In this document: positions 47,195 through 58,589 of the stretch, in pieces | How positions within the stretch are numbered: position 1 is the stretch's first letter | How the letters are laid out: each line of letters opens with the position of its first letter | Source: Dehalococcoidia bacterium | Lineage (GTDB): Bacteria > Chloroflexota > Dehalococcoidia > GIF9 > UBA5629 | DNA length: 64,000 nt | Direction: 5' to 3' | Assembly: GCA_034436215.1 (NCBI GenBank) | Contig: DAOTVU010000060.1 | Coordinates: 5,994 to 69,993, forward strand | Notes under the pieces: model-generated | Databases searched by the model: none | What the model was told of the DNA's origin: nothing | Seen by the model: the letters and a program-made list of their open reading frames with translations, nothing else | Translations under genes and position numbers: made by a program

Positions 47195-48376
47195 TCAAAA
47201 TTCACTTATCTCGCTGATCAGCACATTTCTTTTCGATTCCCTGGAAAGATCAATGTCCTTCTTAGACTCCTTTATCGTCTGACGCTCACTGCATTCAAGC
47301 TGACAGCCCGTACAGATACTGTTCGGCTCATCCACGTCTTTTATAGAGCCGCCGATTATTCTCAACTTTGGCCTGCGTACGCATTCAGGATTTGATTTAC
47401 TCACAATCCCGACCCTGCCGTCGTTCAATTTAACCATCGTCCCGGTGGGGTAAACCGGAACGACTCTGGTAAAAACCCGTACCAGTTCCGGATCGAAAAG
47501 CTCACCGCTGTATGCGTAGATATATTCTATGGCATCCTGAGATGAAACGATGCTCTGCTCAATGGCAAATGACGGCAAGAATTCTTCACGATGGGGACGT
47601 TTGGAAGCCAGTGCAAAACATACATCGGTTATACCGATTATTCCTGCCGATCTGGATATCTCCTGCTCACGCAAACCGTAGGGATATCCGCTGCCGTTCC
47701 ATCTTTCATGATGCTGGAGGACGATATCAACCACTTCCGGATCCACCCCGGTGTACTTTGCCAGAATCTGTGAACCATAGGTCGGATGCCTCTGCACGGC
47801 CTTTATCTCGGCGCTGTTTAAATAACCAGCCTTTTCCAAAATGCCCTGGGGAATAAGCATGTAACCGACATTCTGAAAAACCGCGGCCAAGCCCAGCTGT
47901 TTTATTTCACGTTCATCCATGCCGCATTCTTTCCCGACCAGGATGGACAGACTGGCAACCTTCACCGGATGAACGAAATTATAATCGCGCAGCGAGTAAC
48001 AGCCGGCGATAGATGCGTCTCCACGGTTGTTAGATAACAGATAGGCGATCAGCTCATCAATCAGATTGTTGAGCAATGAGAGATCAATTGGCTGCTGGCT
48101 GCGGCTGACCAGTACGGATCGGCAGTCTATCAGTGCCCGGCGCAATGCCTTTGATATGGCGCCCTCCAGTTCGGGTGGCACCAGAGGTATCACGTTGATA
48201 TCTTCGGTCTTTTTACTGCAGATGAATAGCTCACCCACACCTATATCGTCAACCTTGGCGATATCTCTGGCATCCAGCTTTGTGCCGGCCGGTAAAACCA
48301 TGTCGCCCCAGTTATCATACACCGGTCTGGCCAGCTCCATGCCGGGTTTTACATAGATAGCCGAAATACGCTGCAT
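47195..48376 (-). CDS. HD-GYP c-di-GMP phosphodiesterase (paralog 1) with N-terminal DUF3391-like domain and C-terminal Cys-rich tail
   Basis: QHHERWNGSGYPYGL. CTGCQLECSE near C-terminus. Confidence 0.75.
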   Translation of the reverse strand: MQRISAIYVKPGMELARPVYDNWGDMVLPAGTKLDARDIAKVDDIGVGELFICSKKTEDINVIPLVPPELEGAISKALRRALIDCRSVLVSRSQQPIDLSLLNNLIDELIAYLLSNNRGDASIAGCYSLRDYNFVHPVKVASLSILVGKECGMDEREIKQLGLAAVFQNVGYMLIPQGILEKAGYLNSAEIKAVQRHPTYGSQILAKYTGVDPEVVDIVLQHHERWNGSGYPYGLREQEISRSAGIIGITDVCFALASKRPHREEFLPSFAIEQSIVSSQDAIEYIYAYSGELFDPELVRVFTRVVPVYPTGTMVKLNDGRVGIVSKSNPECVRRPKLRIIGGSIKDVDEPNSICTGCQLECSERQTIKESKKDIDLSRESKRNVLISEISEF

Positions 48377-48403
48377 TTTCTTTCACCTTTGTGTCTCTGC
48401 CGG

Positions 48404-49558
48404 TTAATATTCCATCACCTCTACGATTAATTTACGCTGATGTTCGGCATCGGCCAGGTTTATATCCACGGGCTTTTCCAGCTCACGCAACTCGCTATCA
48501 TAGCAGATACGTACTTTCGGTCGTGAAAAATATCCGCAGTTGGCATTGGAAACGATGCCGACCTCTCCCGTATTCAGCTTTACCATAATGCCCGATGGAT
48601 AGGTCGGCAGTTGTTTGGTGAAGATTTTAACCAGATCGGGATCAAACAGCTCACCGCTGTAAGCAACGATAAACTCCATAGCCTGATGTGGCCGTAAAAA
48701 GTCAGCATCGCCCAGATCACCTGAAAAGGCGTTGACAAATTCCTGTGCCTCTCTGGGCAGGATACAGCCGCGATGCGGCCGTTTGGAAACAAGCGCCACC
48801 ACGCTATCGGTGATGGCGATTATACGTGCACCGTGGCAGATATTCCTCCCCTTCAACCCCGAGGGGTAGCCGCTGCCGTTCCAGCGCTCGTGATGCTGCT
48901 GGATTATCAGAACCGTTTCCTGTGAAGCCTGACCGTATCGTCGAACGATCTCAGCTCCGTAAGCGGCATGCTTCTGAACCGCCTTTGCTTCTGCCTCCGT
49001 CAGCGGCCCCTCTTTATCTATAACGCCCTGTGGCAGGGCAGCATAACCTATATTCTGCAACATAGAAGCCATACCAAGGTTGATAAGTTCGGTCTGACCC
49101 ATGCCGGCAGCTTTCCCGATCAGTAAAGACAGACTGGTTACCTTCACAGGATGTACAAAATCGTAATCCCTTACCGAGTGGCAACCCACAACTACCGGTT
49201 CACCCATAGCTACCGGGAAGAGCTGCTGCACCATCTCGAAAACACCCTGTCTGATGGCAGTTAGATCCAGCATCATGGCCTTCCTGGAGGTGATAATAGA
49301 CTGAGCCTTAAACAGAATCTGTTTCAATGCGGCGGCCAGCGACCCTTCAAGTTCCGGCGTTATGAGAGGCCAGGCAGTCACATCATCTACTCTTTTATCC
49401 ATGATAAAAAGCTCGCCTACGCCCACTTCATCCAGGCTGGCAATATGGGATGCTGTCAGCTTGGTTCCCTCCTTTAAAAGCATCCTGCCGTAAGGGTCGT
49501 AGAGGGCGCGGCCCAGCATCATCGTCGGCTTGGCATATCTGGCAGATATGCGACGCAT
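48404..49558 (-). CDS. HD-GYP c-di-GMP phosphodiesterase (paralog 2)
   Basis: QQHHERWNGSGYPSGL. Same architecture and N-terminal MRRISARYAKP... as paralog 1. Confidence 0.75.
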   Translation of the reverse strand: MRRISARYAKPTMMLGRALYDPYGRMLLKEGTKLTASHIASLDEVGVGELFIMDKRVDDVTAWPLITPELEGSLAAALKQILFKAQSIITSRKAMMLDLTAIRQGVFEMVQQLFPVAMGEPVVVGCHSVRDYDFVHPVKVTSLSLLIGKAAGMGQTELINLGMASMLQNIGYAALPQGVIDKEGPLTEAEAKAVQKHAAYGAEIVRRYGQASQETVLIIQQHHERWNGSGYPSGLKGRNICHGARIIAITDSVVALVSKRPHRGCILPREAQEFVNAFSGDLGDADFLRPHQAMEFIVAYSGELFDPDLVKIFTKQLPTYPSGIMVKLNTGEVGIVSNANCGYFSRPKVRICYDSELRELEKPVDINLADAEHQRKLIVEVMEY

Positions 49559-49587
49559 TCTATCCGCTCCTTTTCATATTTATCATT

Positions 49588-50385
49588 TCAAACATCCGCC
49601 GTTGACCTTGCAGCCTTCCGGTAAAAACAGGTACCCATCTTCTGATAGCCGGCCTTCAGCGCATTTATCATGAACTCGGTGGCGCCAACAAACAGGACTC
49701 CGTTTTCGTTAAGAGACCGGTAAAAACGCCTGTTTAAGGAATCCTTGGCTTCTTCTGTGAAATAGATGGTCACATTTCTGCAGGCGATCAGATCAAAACC
49801 CACTTCAAATGGATCCGATAAAAGGTTATGTTTTTTAAACACCACCCTATCCCTTATCTCCTTCTGCAACCAGAAATCGTCTCCGTCTCTGGAGAAGTAC
49901 CTGCTGAGGTATTGCGGTGGTACGTTTTTAAGCAGGTCTGCTCTGTAAGGGCCGCCTGCCCTGGCGCGTGATAAACTGATCTCGTCCATATCGGTACCGA
50001 GTATCTGAAATGATATCTTCCGCGGCAGACTGTTCAAAATCATGGCGATTGAATACGCTTCCGCACCGTTGGAACATCCCGCGCTCCATATATTTATACG
50101 CGTTTTATTTGCTATCAGTCCCGGCAGGACGTTCTTTTCCAGATCATCAAAAGCCCACTTATCGCGGAAGAACTCGGTTACGTTTATAGTTAGAAAATCG
50201 CAGAGCTTTCTGAGGCTCTCCTCATCTTTCTCGATAGTGCGGCAGTAGGTAATAACATCAGAGTAAAGATTCTCAATAAAAGACTCGAGGCGGCGGCGCA
50301 TCTGCTGGCTCTTATAGTTGTCGAGATCGATGCCGGTCATCGTCAGCACCTTCTTTTTCAGCAGCATATATTCCTGATCGGTCAT
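49588..50385 (-). CDS. cheR: Chemotaxis protein methyltransferase CheR
   Basis: VTEFFRDKWAF, SAM-binding IWSAGCSNGAEAYSIAMIL. Confidence 0.85.
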   Translation of the reverse strand: MTDQEYMLLKKKVLTMTGIDLDNYKSQQMRRRLESFIENLYSDVITYCRTIEKDEESLRKLCDFLTINVTEFFRDKWAFDDLEKNVLPGLIANKTRINIWSAGCSNGAEAYSIAMILNSLPRKISFQILGTDMDEISLSRARAGGPYRADLLKNVPPQYLSRYFSRDGDDFWLQKEIRDRVVFKKHNLLSDPFEVGFDLIACRNVTIYFTEEAKDSLNRRFYRSLNENGVLFVGATEFMINALKAGYQKMGTCFYRKAARSTADV

Positions 50386-51482
50386 AACTGCACCTTCATA
50401 TAGGCTTTATCCGGCTCACGACAAAAGGCAGTGATCTCACTGACCATCTTTTGAACCGGTGCCACCCTGTCTGCCAGACCCGCTTCGATGACACTTCTGG
50501 GCATCCCGTAGACCACACAGGTCGATTCATCTTCGGCCAGCACCTTTCCTCCGGCGGCCTTTATCAAAGCGCATCCGTGTGTGCCGTCCGAACCCATTCC
50601 CGTCATAACAACTCCGATGCAGCGTGAGCCATATATCTTTACAGCCGATTCCATAGTAACATCCACTGCCGGCCTCAAACCGCAGCGCGGTTTGTCCTGA
50701 TTGAGGGAGATCTGGCCACCGGGCATCACCGCCATATGATAGCCGCCGGGCGCAATGAGGGCCTGCCCCCTCCTGACCATGTCACCCACCTCAGCCTCCT
50801 TAACAGTCACCCGGCTCAGTTCGTTAAGCCTTTCCGCAATAGACCGGGTGAATTTAGGCGGCATATGTTGCACGATTAAGAATGCTGCGGGCAGATCATC
50901 GGGTAAATTGGGCACGACTTCATACAATGCCCTCGGTCCGCCCGTAGAACTGCCGATAATGACCACCCTGTCTATGTGGCCGTTGCGTAGCGGTGGTTTC
51001 TCCTTCTCTTTCCGGCTGCCGCGCTGCAAAATAGCCAGCACATTTTTCAAACGGGCGTTTATACCGGCCACATCCACGCGGGCGGCATTCTTAACTTTGC
51101 TGATGAGCTCGCTGTTATTTCCCTCGCCGACAGGACTGACGAGCGATTGTTTGAGAAAAAAATCGACTGCCCCCATTTCCAGCGATTTTATGGTCACCTC
51201 CGCGCCTTCGGCAGTAAGGGCGCTCAGCATAATGACAGGGGTGGGGCATTCGGTCATAATTTTCTCCAGCGCTGTGATGCCGTCCATACCCGGCATCTCG
51301 ACATCCAGAGTAACCACGTCCGGTTGAAGATTTTTTATCTTCGCAACAGCATCATTCCCGTTACGCGCCATTCCGATAATTTCTATTTCCGGATCAAGAG
51401 ACAGATTTCTGGCGATCATAAATCTGGCATAAGCAGAATCATCAACCACCAGGACTCTGACAAATTTATCGACGGTTTTCAT
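50382..51482 (-). CDS. cheB: Chemotaxis response regulator protein-glutamate methylesterase CheB
   Basis: N-terminal REC (VLVVDDSAYAR...VTLDVEMPGMDG) + esterase domain GSSTGGP. Confidence 0.85.
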   Translation of the reverse strand: MKTVDKFVRVLVVDDSAYARFMIARNLSLDPEIEIIGMARNGNDAVAKIKNLQPDVVTLDVEMPGMDGITALEKIMTECPTPVIMLSALTAEGAEVTIKSLEMGAVDFFLKQSLVSPVGEGNNSELISKVKNAARVDVAGINARLKNVLAILQRGSRKEKEKPPLRNGHIDRVVIIGSSTGGPRALYEVVPNLPDDLPAAFLIVQHMPPKFTRSIAERLNELSRVTVKEAEVGDMVRRGQALIAPGGYHMAVMPGGQISLNQDKPRCGLRPAVDVTMESAVKIYGSRCIGVVMTGMGSDGTHGCALIKAAGGKVLAEDESTCVVYGMPRSVIEAGLADRVAPVQKMVSEITAFCREPDKAYMKVQL

Positions 51483-51509
51483 TTAATCTACCTTCCAGCA
51501 GACGGAATC

Positions 51510-51866
51510 TCAACTTATCATCTTTTTAACCGCAGCCAGCACCCGATCAGCATCAAAGGGCTTGACCACAAAATCCCTGGCACCGCTTTTCAGAGCTTCC
51601 ATGACCATGGACTGCTGCCCCATTGCTGTAACCATGGCCACCCTGGCACCGGGATCGATCTTAATTATCTCCTTCAATGTGGTCAGCCCGTCCATATTTG
51701 GCATTGTTATGTCCAGCAACACCCCATCCGGTCTGCATTCACGGTATTTTTCAATGGCCTCTGCACCATCAGCAGCTTCGGCAATTTCATATCCATTATC
51801 TGCCAGCAGCTTGGTACATCTCATACGCATAAATGCCGCGTCATCGACTACGAGTATCCTGGCCAA
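51510..51866 (-). CDS. cheY: Chemotaxis response regulator CheY
   Basis: 118 aa REC: ILVVDDAAFMR...LLDITMPNMDG...VVKPF. Confidence 0.85.
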   Translation of the reverse strand: MARILVVDDAAFMRMRCTKLLADNGYEIAEAADGAEAIEKYRECRPDGVLLDITMPNMDGLTTLKEIIKIDPGARVAMVTAMGQQSMVMEALKSGARDFVVKPFDADRVLAAVKKMIS

Positions 51867-52049
51867 CGCTTACCTCCTGTAAAGCTGTCTCCAATTTTTC
51901 CAATCCTCATCATCCCGGGGAGTGGCCGCTGTCGGCAGACCCCCGAAACGATATACAGATTTTTCCCGTATCAATTTTCATCGAGCCCGTAATCCAGCAC
52001 AAGGCACACAAGGTTATATTTCATGAGCCAGGCGGCTATTCCCGTCATT

Positions 52050-54158
52050 TCACAGCTTCTGGTGAGAGACCTGCCGGCTGAAATCCTCAGCCGCCTGGAG
52101 CAGGGCCTTACTCATCTGTGCCACCTGCTGCATTTGAGCGGTGATTTCCTCGGCCGAAGCGGATACCTGTTCGGTAGAGGCGCTGTTCTGTTCGGCAATG
52201 CCCGCAACCGACTCTATCGATTTCGATACCTGCCTCGCCGTAGCCGCCATCTCTTCGGTGGCGGCGGTGTTCTCTTCCACCACCGCGCTTATGCTATCGC
52301 TCAGTTTGACCATTTCACTGCTGGCCTGTGCCAGTTCCTGTGTGGCCGCAGAAATCCTGGCCACCTTTTCTCCCATATCTTTAGAGCGGGCAAGGATCTC
52401 CTCCAGAGCTACACCTGCGCGGGTTGCCAGCTCATAACCCCCGGCAATCTGGCCTGTACCTTTTTCCATGGCAGCAATTGTCTGTGAAACACCCGCCTGG
52501 ATATTGCCGATAAGCTCGGCGATTTCCTTAGTAGAGGCAGATGAACGCTCTGCCAGCTTACGTACCTCATCGGCCACCACGGCAAAACCCCTTCCCTGTT
52601 CTCCGGCCCGTGCCGCCTCAATAGCGGCATTGAGTGCCAGCAGATTGGTTTGATCGGCTATATCATTGATAGTAGCTACGATTTTACCTATTTCCTTGGA
52701 CCTTGAACCTAACTCGCTTACCTTTTCCGATGCCTTGTCAATGGTATTCTTGATCTCTTCCATCTCTTTGATCGTCTTCTGCACCATCTGAGCACCGTTA
52801 TTGGCAGTCTCAGAAGCCGCCTTAGAACTATCTGTTGCCTGAACAGCATTCACGGATACCTGATTAATAGCGCCGGACACCTGATTGACCATGCCCACGT
52901 TTTTCTCTATCATCTTGGCCTGATCCTGTGCACCCCTGGCAATCTGGTCGATGGCACCGGCAAGCTGTTCCAGGGCTTTCAACGTATCCTGCATAGAATG
53001 TGCCTGCTCGGCGGCGCCTTTGGCTACCTGCTGGGTTGCGCCGGCGATCTGACCGGTAGCCTGTTCGGCCTGACCGGCAGCTTTAGAAAGATCTTGCGCC
53101 GATTCGTTCAAAAGCCTGGCCACATCACGCAGGCTGACGACCATGTTCCGGTTGTTATCGACCACCTTGTTGGTGGAATCCTTCAGTCTTATAAGATCTC
53201 CTTTAAAATCGCCCTCGACTCTGCAGGTCAAATCTCCGCCTGCCAGCCTGTACAAAACATCCGTTACCTCATTTACCGGTTTGATAATGGCATCGAGCAC
53301 ATTATTAATACCACCCACGATGTCCGCCCATGCTCCCTTAAATTTGCCCGGATCGCTCCTGGCATTCAGATCTCCCTCGCTGGCGGATCTGGTCAGCCTG
53401 TCGACCTCTGACATAAAATTATTTATGCTGTCAATAAATTCATTAAAGGCAATGGCCGACTCCCGCCACGCACCATACGAAGTTTCCTTCTGATCCGCCC
53501 AGCGCTCCAGATTTCTCTCACCCCGGCCGATTTTTAGAAAGTACTCATGATGCCCTCTGAAAAGACCCAGAAGGCCGTCGAGGCACAGGTTGGTACCCTT
53601 GGCCGCTTTGCGCAGAACACCGTCGTATTTTTTATAGTCCATTCTCGATTCGAGCTTGCCCTGACCGATATCGTTATATACACTCCCCATATCAAGCGCA
53701 AATAAGAGCTCGCGGCTGGCATCAATAAAATATTCAATTGCCCCGATTATCAGGCCGCTATCATCCTTAACCGGGATGGTAAAACTGCGGTAGAGACACT
53801 CACCGGCCGGGGATTTCAGCACCACTTCACTGCTGTATATCCTGCCATCGGCAAATACCCTCGCTGCCTGGCAGTTGGGCGTGTTGCACAGGGGGAACTT
53901 AAATACATCATGGCACTTACGGCCAGTACAATCTTCCCTGCTGCACCCCAGTGCTTCCGCCATGGACCGATTGGCAAAATGGATATTGAATTCCCGATCA
54001 AGAAATACCATCGGTACAGGCAGGATATCGATAAAGCTGAGACGTGAAAAGTCCGACCTCCCGTTCTTTTTCCCGAATGGTAATCTGCCCTTCATACCGG
54101 TCTTTCCGTCGCCAATTCTTTTTTTATCTATCAGTACTGCGCTCATATACCTCTCCAC
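52050..54158 (-). CDS. Soluble (no TM) methyl-accepting chemotaxis protein with N-terminal Cys-rich PAS-like sensor and HAMP repeats
   Basis: MCP signalling domain ([30 protein letters not shown]). N-terminus C-x7-C-x4-C-H...C-x4-C. Confidence 0.8.
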   Translation of the reverse strand: MERYMSAVLIDKKRIGDGKTGMKGRLPFGKKNGRSDFSRLSFIDILPVPMVFLDREFNIHFANRSMAEALGCSREDCTGRKCHDVFKFPLCNTPNCQAARVFADGRIYSSEVVLKSPAGECLYRSFTIPVKDDSGLIIGAIEYFIDASRELLFALDMGSVYNDIGQGKLESRMDYKKYDGVLRKAAKGTNLCLDGLLGLFRGHHEYFLKIGRGERNLERWADQKETSYGAWRESAIAFNEFIDSINNFMSEVDRLTRSASEGDLNARSDPGKFKGAWADIVGGINNVLDAIIKPVNEVTDVLYRLAGGDLTCRVEGDFKGDLIRLKDSTNKVVDNNRNMVVSLRDVARLLNESAQDLSKAAGQAEQATGQIAGATQQVAKGAAEQAHSMQDTLKALEQLAGAIDQIARGAQDQAKMIEKNVGMVNQVSGAINQVSVNAVQATDSSKAASETANNGAQMVQKTIKEMEEIKNTIDKASEKVSELGSRSKEIGKIVATINDIADQTNLLALNAAIEAARAGEQGRGFAVVADEVRKLAERSSASTKEIAELIGNIQAGVSQTIAAMEKGTGQIAGGYELATRAGVALEEILARSKDMGEKVARISAATQELAQASSEMVKLSDSISAVVEENTAATEEMAATARQVSKSIESVAGIAEQNSASTEQVSASAEEITAQMQQVAQMSKALLQAAEDFSRQVSHQKL

Positions 54159-54334
54159 TGTATTTATTTATTTAATATTTGACATGTAAACAGATGCACG
54201 CCGAAAAATACCTCTGTCGGTTCACGACTTTCATTTGTGTACTTACTTTTTAATAATTTTCCCAATCACATAATCCCCGTACAAGTGGCAAACGTATCGT
54301 TATTGTGACCCGTATGGCTACCATTCCGTATCGG

Positions 54335-54847
54335 CTACAGCTCCACCACGGGACCGGCGGTTGTCCTGACACGGGTTACACCGGTAGCTATGTAAAGCCA
54401 CATCGAGCGTCCCAGTTTGCCCCTTAAATCGGCCGCCTTTAATTCCAGCCGGTTCTGTTCAATCGCCGTCATAACCGCCTCAATATTCCGTTCGCCGATA
54501 TCCAGCGCACTTTTACCGGGTATGGTATCGATAATCCTGGCGCCGCCGGCGATCTTGATTATCAGCCTGCTCCTGCTGGCACCATATTTTTCCATCTCCC
54601 TGAGCATAGCCGGCAGGGCGGTATCGGCATATCTGGCAGTAGACTTTTCCGAACCGGCATTGCTTGAGTGCGGCAGAACGACGTGAACCATGGCACCCAC
54701 CTTCGCTACCGGATCGTAGGCGCTTATGCCTATACATGAACCGAGACCCAGGCAGGAAAGCACAGTATTGGGGTCATTGGAGACATGCATCTCACCCAGC
54801 CCGACCATTATCGTCGTCTGCTGACCGACGTCCTGGCATGCCGTCAC
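54335..54847 (-). CDS. cheD: Chemoreceptor glutamine deamidase CheD
   Basis: 170 aa. GLGSCIGI catalytic Cys motif. Confidence 0.8.
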   Translation of the reverse strand: MTACQDVGQQTTIMVGLGEMHVSNDPNTVLSCLGLGSCIGISAYDPVAKVGAMVHVVLPHSSNAGSEKSTARYADTALPAMLREMEKYGASRSRLIIKIAGGARIIDTIPGKSALDIGERNIEAVMTAIEQNRLELKAADLRGKLGRSMWLYIATGVTRVRTTAGPVVEL

Positions 54848-55461
54848 CGCTTAGCTCCGCTTGGAGCTAACGGCAGCTGCAGGAAACTGGCATTGGGCAT
54901 AATCAGGAACTTCCCCTGAATAGTCCGATCGCTAACTCCAAACGAAGACTCCACAATAAACACATCGTCCCTTTCCGCCAGGATTTCCGCAAGTGCGATA
55001 TCCAGAATAGCTCCGGCCATATCATATAAAACTACAGGAGGAGATGGGTTGAGCGTTACACCCAGTGCATCGGCAACGGCATTCAGGAAAAACGTGCCGG
55101 TGACATTTCCCATCTCGCCCAGAGCAGACTGCGACATCTCATCCAGACTTTTACCTGTACCCCGTGGACTGCCTATAAGTAAATCGAGTATGGTGTAGGC
55201 GAATTCCGGCTGATGTGCCAGCAGGATATGGCCGTTGCTGGCGCCAGAAAATGTGATATAAATGCCCACCACCATACATTCAGGGCCGCCCAGCAGTTCG
55301 GGCATATCCACAGCGGATATCTGCCTGATATTTATGGAATTGATTTGAAACTCGCGGCCGACCATCTGCGAAAGACCGAAGATGGCGTTTGCCATACCCC
55401 GCCTGATCAACTGATCCCAGATCAACATACTGTTAAATTCTTTGGTCACATTGTTTTCCAT
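54844..55461 (-). CDS. cheC: CheY-P phosphatase CheC
   Basis: Two (A/S)ALGE(M/I)GN repeats characteristic of CheC/FliY. Confidence 0.8.
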   Translation of the reverse strand: MENNVTKEFNSMLIWDQLIRRGMANAIFGLSQMVGREFQINSINIRQISAVDMPELLGGPECMVVGIYITFSGASNGHILLAHQPEFAYTILDLLIGSPRGTGKSLDEMSQSALGEMGNVTGTFFLNAVADALGVTLNPSPPVVLYDMAGAILDIALAEILAERDDVFIVESSFGVSDRTIQGKFLIMPNASFLQLPLAPSGAKR

Positions 55462-55509
55462 TACGCAGTTACATCCTCCTGTAATCCATTACGTTTATAA
55501 TTTTTACAT

Positions 55510-57606
55510 TTAAGACCCCTGTTGGCCCTGCTGGGCAAACATCCGGATCAACGTAGGTACATCGAGTATAAGGGCGACCGTACCATCGCCCAGGATAGTC
55601 GCCCCGGCGATGCCCTTCAGCTCTCCCAAATACTTACCCAGCGATTTGATAACGAATTCCATCTGCTCCTTCAGCTCATCCACCACTATCCCGGCCACCC
55701 TGTCACCCGCCCTGACCACCAGCACATATTCCTCGTTCCTATCAACAGATTCCTGCCCTAAACCCAGCACCCGGCTCATCCTCATCAGAGGAACTATGGT
55801 ATCTCTGAGCACCAGCACCTCTCGCATCCGGACTGTTTTTATATCCCGTTTTCTGATTTTAATAGTCTCCACAACCGAGACCAGCGGTACAATGTAGCTG
55901 GCTCCGGACACGGTAACCACCAGACCCTGGAAAACCGCTACGGTAAGCGGAAGTTTGAGTATAAAAGTGGTACCACGATCGACACGTGTTTCCAGTGTAA
56001 TAGTGCCATTAAGCCGTTCTATATTGGTTCTGACTATATCCAGCCCCACACCACGGCCCGAAACCTCCGTTGTCCTTTCAGCAGTGGACATGCCCGAAGC
56101 AAAAATCAGGTCGATGGCCTCTGAATCCGACATTTTGGCCGCAGATTCTGCGCTGATAAAGCCCTTCCTCACAGCGGCCTCTCTAACCTTTTTCGGGTCT
56201 ATGCCGCGGCCGTCGTCTTCGAGCCGAATTACGATATGTCCCTCTTCGTGGTAGGCTTCCAGCCTTATCAATGCCCGCTCGGGTTTCCCTTTAGCCCTTC
56301 GTTCACCCGGGGATTCGACCCCGTGGTCGACAGCATTCCGCAGCAGATGGACCAGCGGATCCTGTATCTTTTCTATAATCGTTCGATCCAGTTCGGTACC
56401 TTCGCCTTTAATTACAAAGTCGAGGTTTTTTTGCTGTTTCTGTGCCAGATCGCGTACCAGCCGGGGGAACTTGTTGAAGACGAGACTGATGGGAACCATT
56501 CTCACCTTCATAATATCCTGATACAGCTCATTGATTACCTTTATTATATGGTTGGAGGTATCACCCAGATCTCCGACCAGCTCATCATCGGGGTATTTCC
56601 CTTCAAGTAGCCTGCCCACCTGGCTGATGCGTGAGCGGTCGATAACCAGCTCTTCGACCATGTTCATCAGGCTATCCAGAACCTTTACATCCACCCTGAT
56701 GCTGTTCAACGATTCCGATCTTATCTGTGAGGCCGGCACCTTCAGGTCCGATTTCTTTTCTTCCCTGTTTTCCGGCAGGGCACCACCCGATATATCATCT
56801 GCTGTGCCGGGCTTGATAAGGCTCCTGGCCTGAGCCGTACCGTACGGGGCAACAGACACCCTGACCACATCACCTATCAGCTTAAGCATATTCTCGATCT
56901 CATCGGCCTTTCGCAGGCAGCAGACAATTGCCGTATAATCACCATCGACGCTGCCCTGCTCTATCTCCGCAAGAGTTGGTCTGGAAGCTATAACCTCACC
57001 CATGGAAGCGAGATCATTGTTCACCTGCAGGGTTCTTACAGCCAGCCATTCGCTGGCAGGATCGAAGAAAACCCGTACCGTATAAGCAAGCTCTCCTTTC
57101 TTTACGGCATCATCCACCTTCTTCTGCCCGGCTTTATTGAGTTCCAGCGGCCTTCCCCGTTTCCTGTCGCTTGCAGGGCGTCCATTGTTCATCAAAGCCC
57201 CGTCTTTTTTAGTGCTCCCGGCCGCATCGTTAAGCTGTTTGACAATGGTGGCTACATCTAAATCGCTCTCCTGCCCGGTTCTGACCTCATCTTTTAACAC
57301 CTTAAGTGCATCCAGGCCGAACAGCAGTGCATCGATCACCCGGCTGCTGACAGCGATTTTCCTGTTGCGCAGTTTATCAAGCAGGCTTTCCATCGCATGC
57401 GTCACCTCGGCCATTCTCTCATGCCCGAGCATAGCCGAGGATCCCTTCAACGTGTGGGCAGATCGGAAAATCTCCTGCAGCAGTTCCTGGTTATCGCCTT
57501 CATTTTCCAGCTTTACCAGATCCTCATCCAGAAGCTGGATGTGCTCCTCCGCTTCCTCCATGAAAACCTTGAGCTCTTCAGGGCTGATTTCACAACTGAC
57601 AATCAT
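55510..57606 (-). CDS. cheA: Chemotaxis histidine kinase CheA
   Basis: Hpt HTLKGSSAMLG, dimerisation, HATPase (DDGRGID, GRGVGLD), C-terminal CheW-like P5. Confidence 0.9.
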   Translation of the reverse strand: MIVSCEISPEELKVFMEEAEEHIQLLDEDLVKLENEGDNQELLQEIFRSAHTLKGSSAMLGHERMAEVTHAMESLLDKLRNRKIAVSSRVIDALLFGLDALKVLKDEVRTGQESDLDVATIVKQLNDAAGSTKKDGALMNNGRPASDRKRGRPLELNKAGQKKVDDAVKKGELAYTVRVFFDPASEWLAVRTLQVNNDLASMGEVIASRPTLAEIEQGSVDGDYTAIVCCLRKADEIENMLKLIGDVVRVSVAPYGTAQARSLIKPGTADDISGGALPENREEKKSDLKVPASQIRSESLNSIRVDVKVLDSLMNMVEELVIDRSRISQVGRLLEGKYPDDELVGDLGDTSNHIIKVINELYQDIMKVRMVPISLVFNKFPRLVRDLAQKQQKNLDFVIKGEGTELDRTIIEKIQDPLVHLLRNAVDHGVESPGERRAKGKPERALIRLEAYHEEGHIVIRLEDDGRGIDPKKVREAAVRKGFISAESAAKMSDSEAIDLIFASGMSTAERTTEVSGRGVGLDIVRTNIERLNGTITLETRVDRGTTFILKLPLTVAVFQGLVVTVSGASYIVPLVSVVETIKIRKRDIKTVRMREVLVLRDTIVPLMRMSRVLGLGQESVDRNEEYVLVVRAGDRVAGIVVDELKEQMEFVIKSLGKYLGELKGIAGATILGDGTVALILDVPTLIRMFAQQGQQGS

Positions 57607-57723
57607 TTATTTTTCCCTTATATCAGCCGGCCGCCAGCGGTTTATTCACGTTCCTCATCATCTCTAAATCAATTCGACATTAAGACATAACTGCTAATAT
57701 CCCTTACATATAAAGGGCCTGTG

Positions 57724-58341
57724 TCAAACCTTGGCATATTCCTTGCTGTTATTTCCTCTGGGTGATTCCTGCTTCTTTTTAACGTGATTCCCATTTCCGG
57801 GCTCAGCAGACTGTTCTTCATAAACTTCGGTTCTGCCTTCGGCGAGGCTCTCGTTGATAACACGGGCGATTTCAGCGCTGTCCGCCCCGGTTGAAAGCAG
57901 CTTGTTCATATCGAGCAGGATGATAAGACGGTCGGTCAGCTTGGCAATGCCGCGCAGGTAGTCTGCATTTCCCCGGGTCACCATAGAGGAAGGCGGTTCA
58001 ATTGAAGACCCTGAAACGCGCAGTACCTCGGTAACAGCATCGACAATCACACCAACTTCTCCTTCACTGATATCGATAACCACAATACGGCTTTCCTCGG
58101 TCTGATCGGCTACCCTGAGACCCAGCCTTTTACGAAGGTCCAGAACCGGTAATACCTTACCTCTCAGATTTATAATCCCTTCGACATAAGAAGTTGCGCC
58201 CGGCACTCTGGTGATATTCTGCATGCGTATGATCTCCCTTACATCCGATATATCCACGCCGTAGTGCTCGGAGGCCAGATCGAAGACCACCAGTTGAATT
58301 TCAGTCACTGCATTATTATTTTTCTCCGCCATTGTAATCAA
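57724..58341 (-). CDS. cheW: Chemotaxis coupling protein CheW (with disordered C-terminal extension)
   Basis: QLVVFDLASEHYGVDISDVREII...INLRGKVLPVLDLRKRLG. Confidence 0.85.
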   Translation of the reverse strand: MITMAEKNNNAVTEIQLVVFDLASEHYGVDISDVREIIRMQNITRVPGATSYVEGIINLRGKVLPVLDLRKRLGLRVADQTEESRIVVIDISEGEVGVIVDAVTEVLRVSGSSIEPPSSMVTRGNADYLRGIAKLTDRLIILLDMNKLLSTGADSAEIARVINESLAEGRTEVYEEQSAEPGNGNHVKKKQESPRGNNSKEYAKV

Positions 58342-58540
58342 TCTCCTTCTTAATAATACTTATTGATACTGCGACCGCCGATCGCCTGTTGACGTCGTTT
58401 TTATACTATCAGCACCCGATACTCATATAGATTTTCCCAGCCGAAATGGGTTGTAACAAGTATTACAAGGTTAAACATCATGAGCCAAACGGTTATCTTC
58501 CAGCCGGAAAATACGCCCTGTTTTCAACCGGCGGGCAGTT

Positions 58541-58578
58541 GGTAACGGGTGCTACCGGAACCGGCAGCACCCGTTACC
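58541..58578. other. Perfect 13-bp stem hairpin GGTAACGGGTGCT-N12-AGCACCCGTTACC between MCP stop and cheW start
   Basis: Seen in sequence. No adjacent T-run on the minus strand, so an attenuator/RNA-processing site is as likely as a terminator. Confidence 0.3.
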
Positions 58579-58589
58579 GGCACCTTCAC

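Noticed and set aside
51147-51992. 281-aa plus-strand ORF spanning cheB/cheY region
   Set aside because: Antisense to two well-supported che genes. His/Phe-rich nonsense composition.
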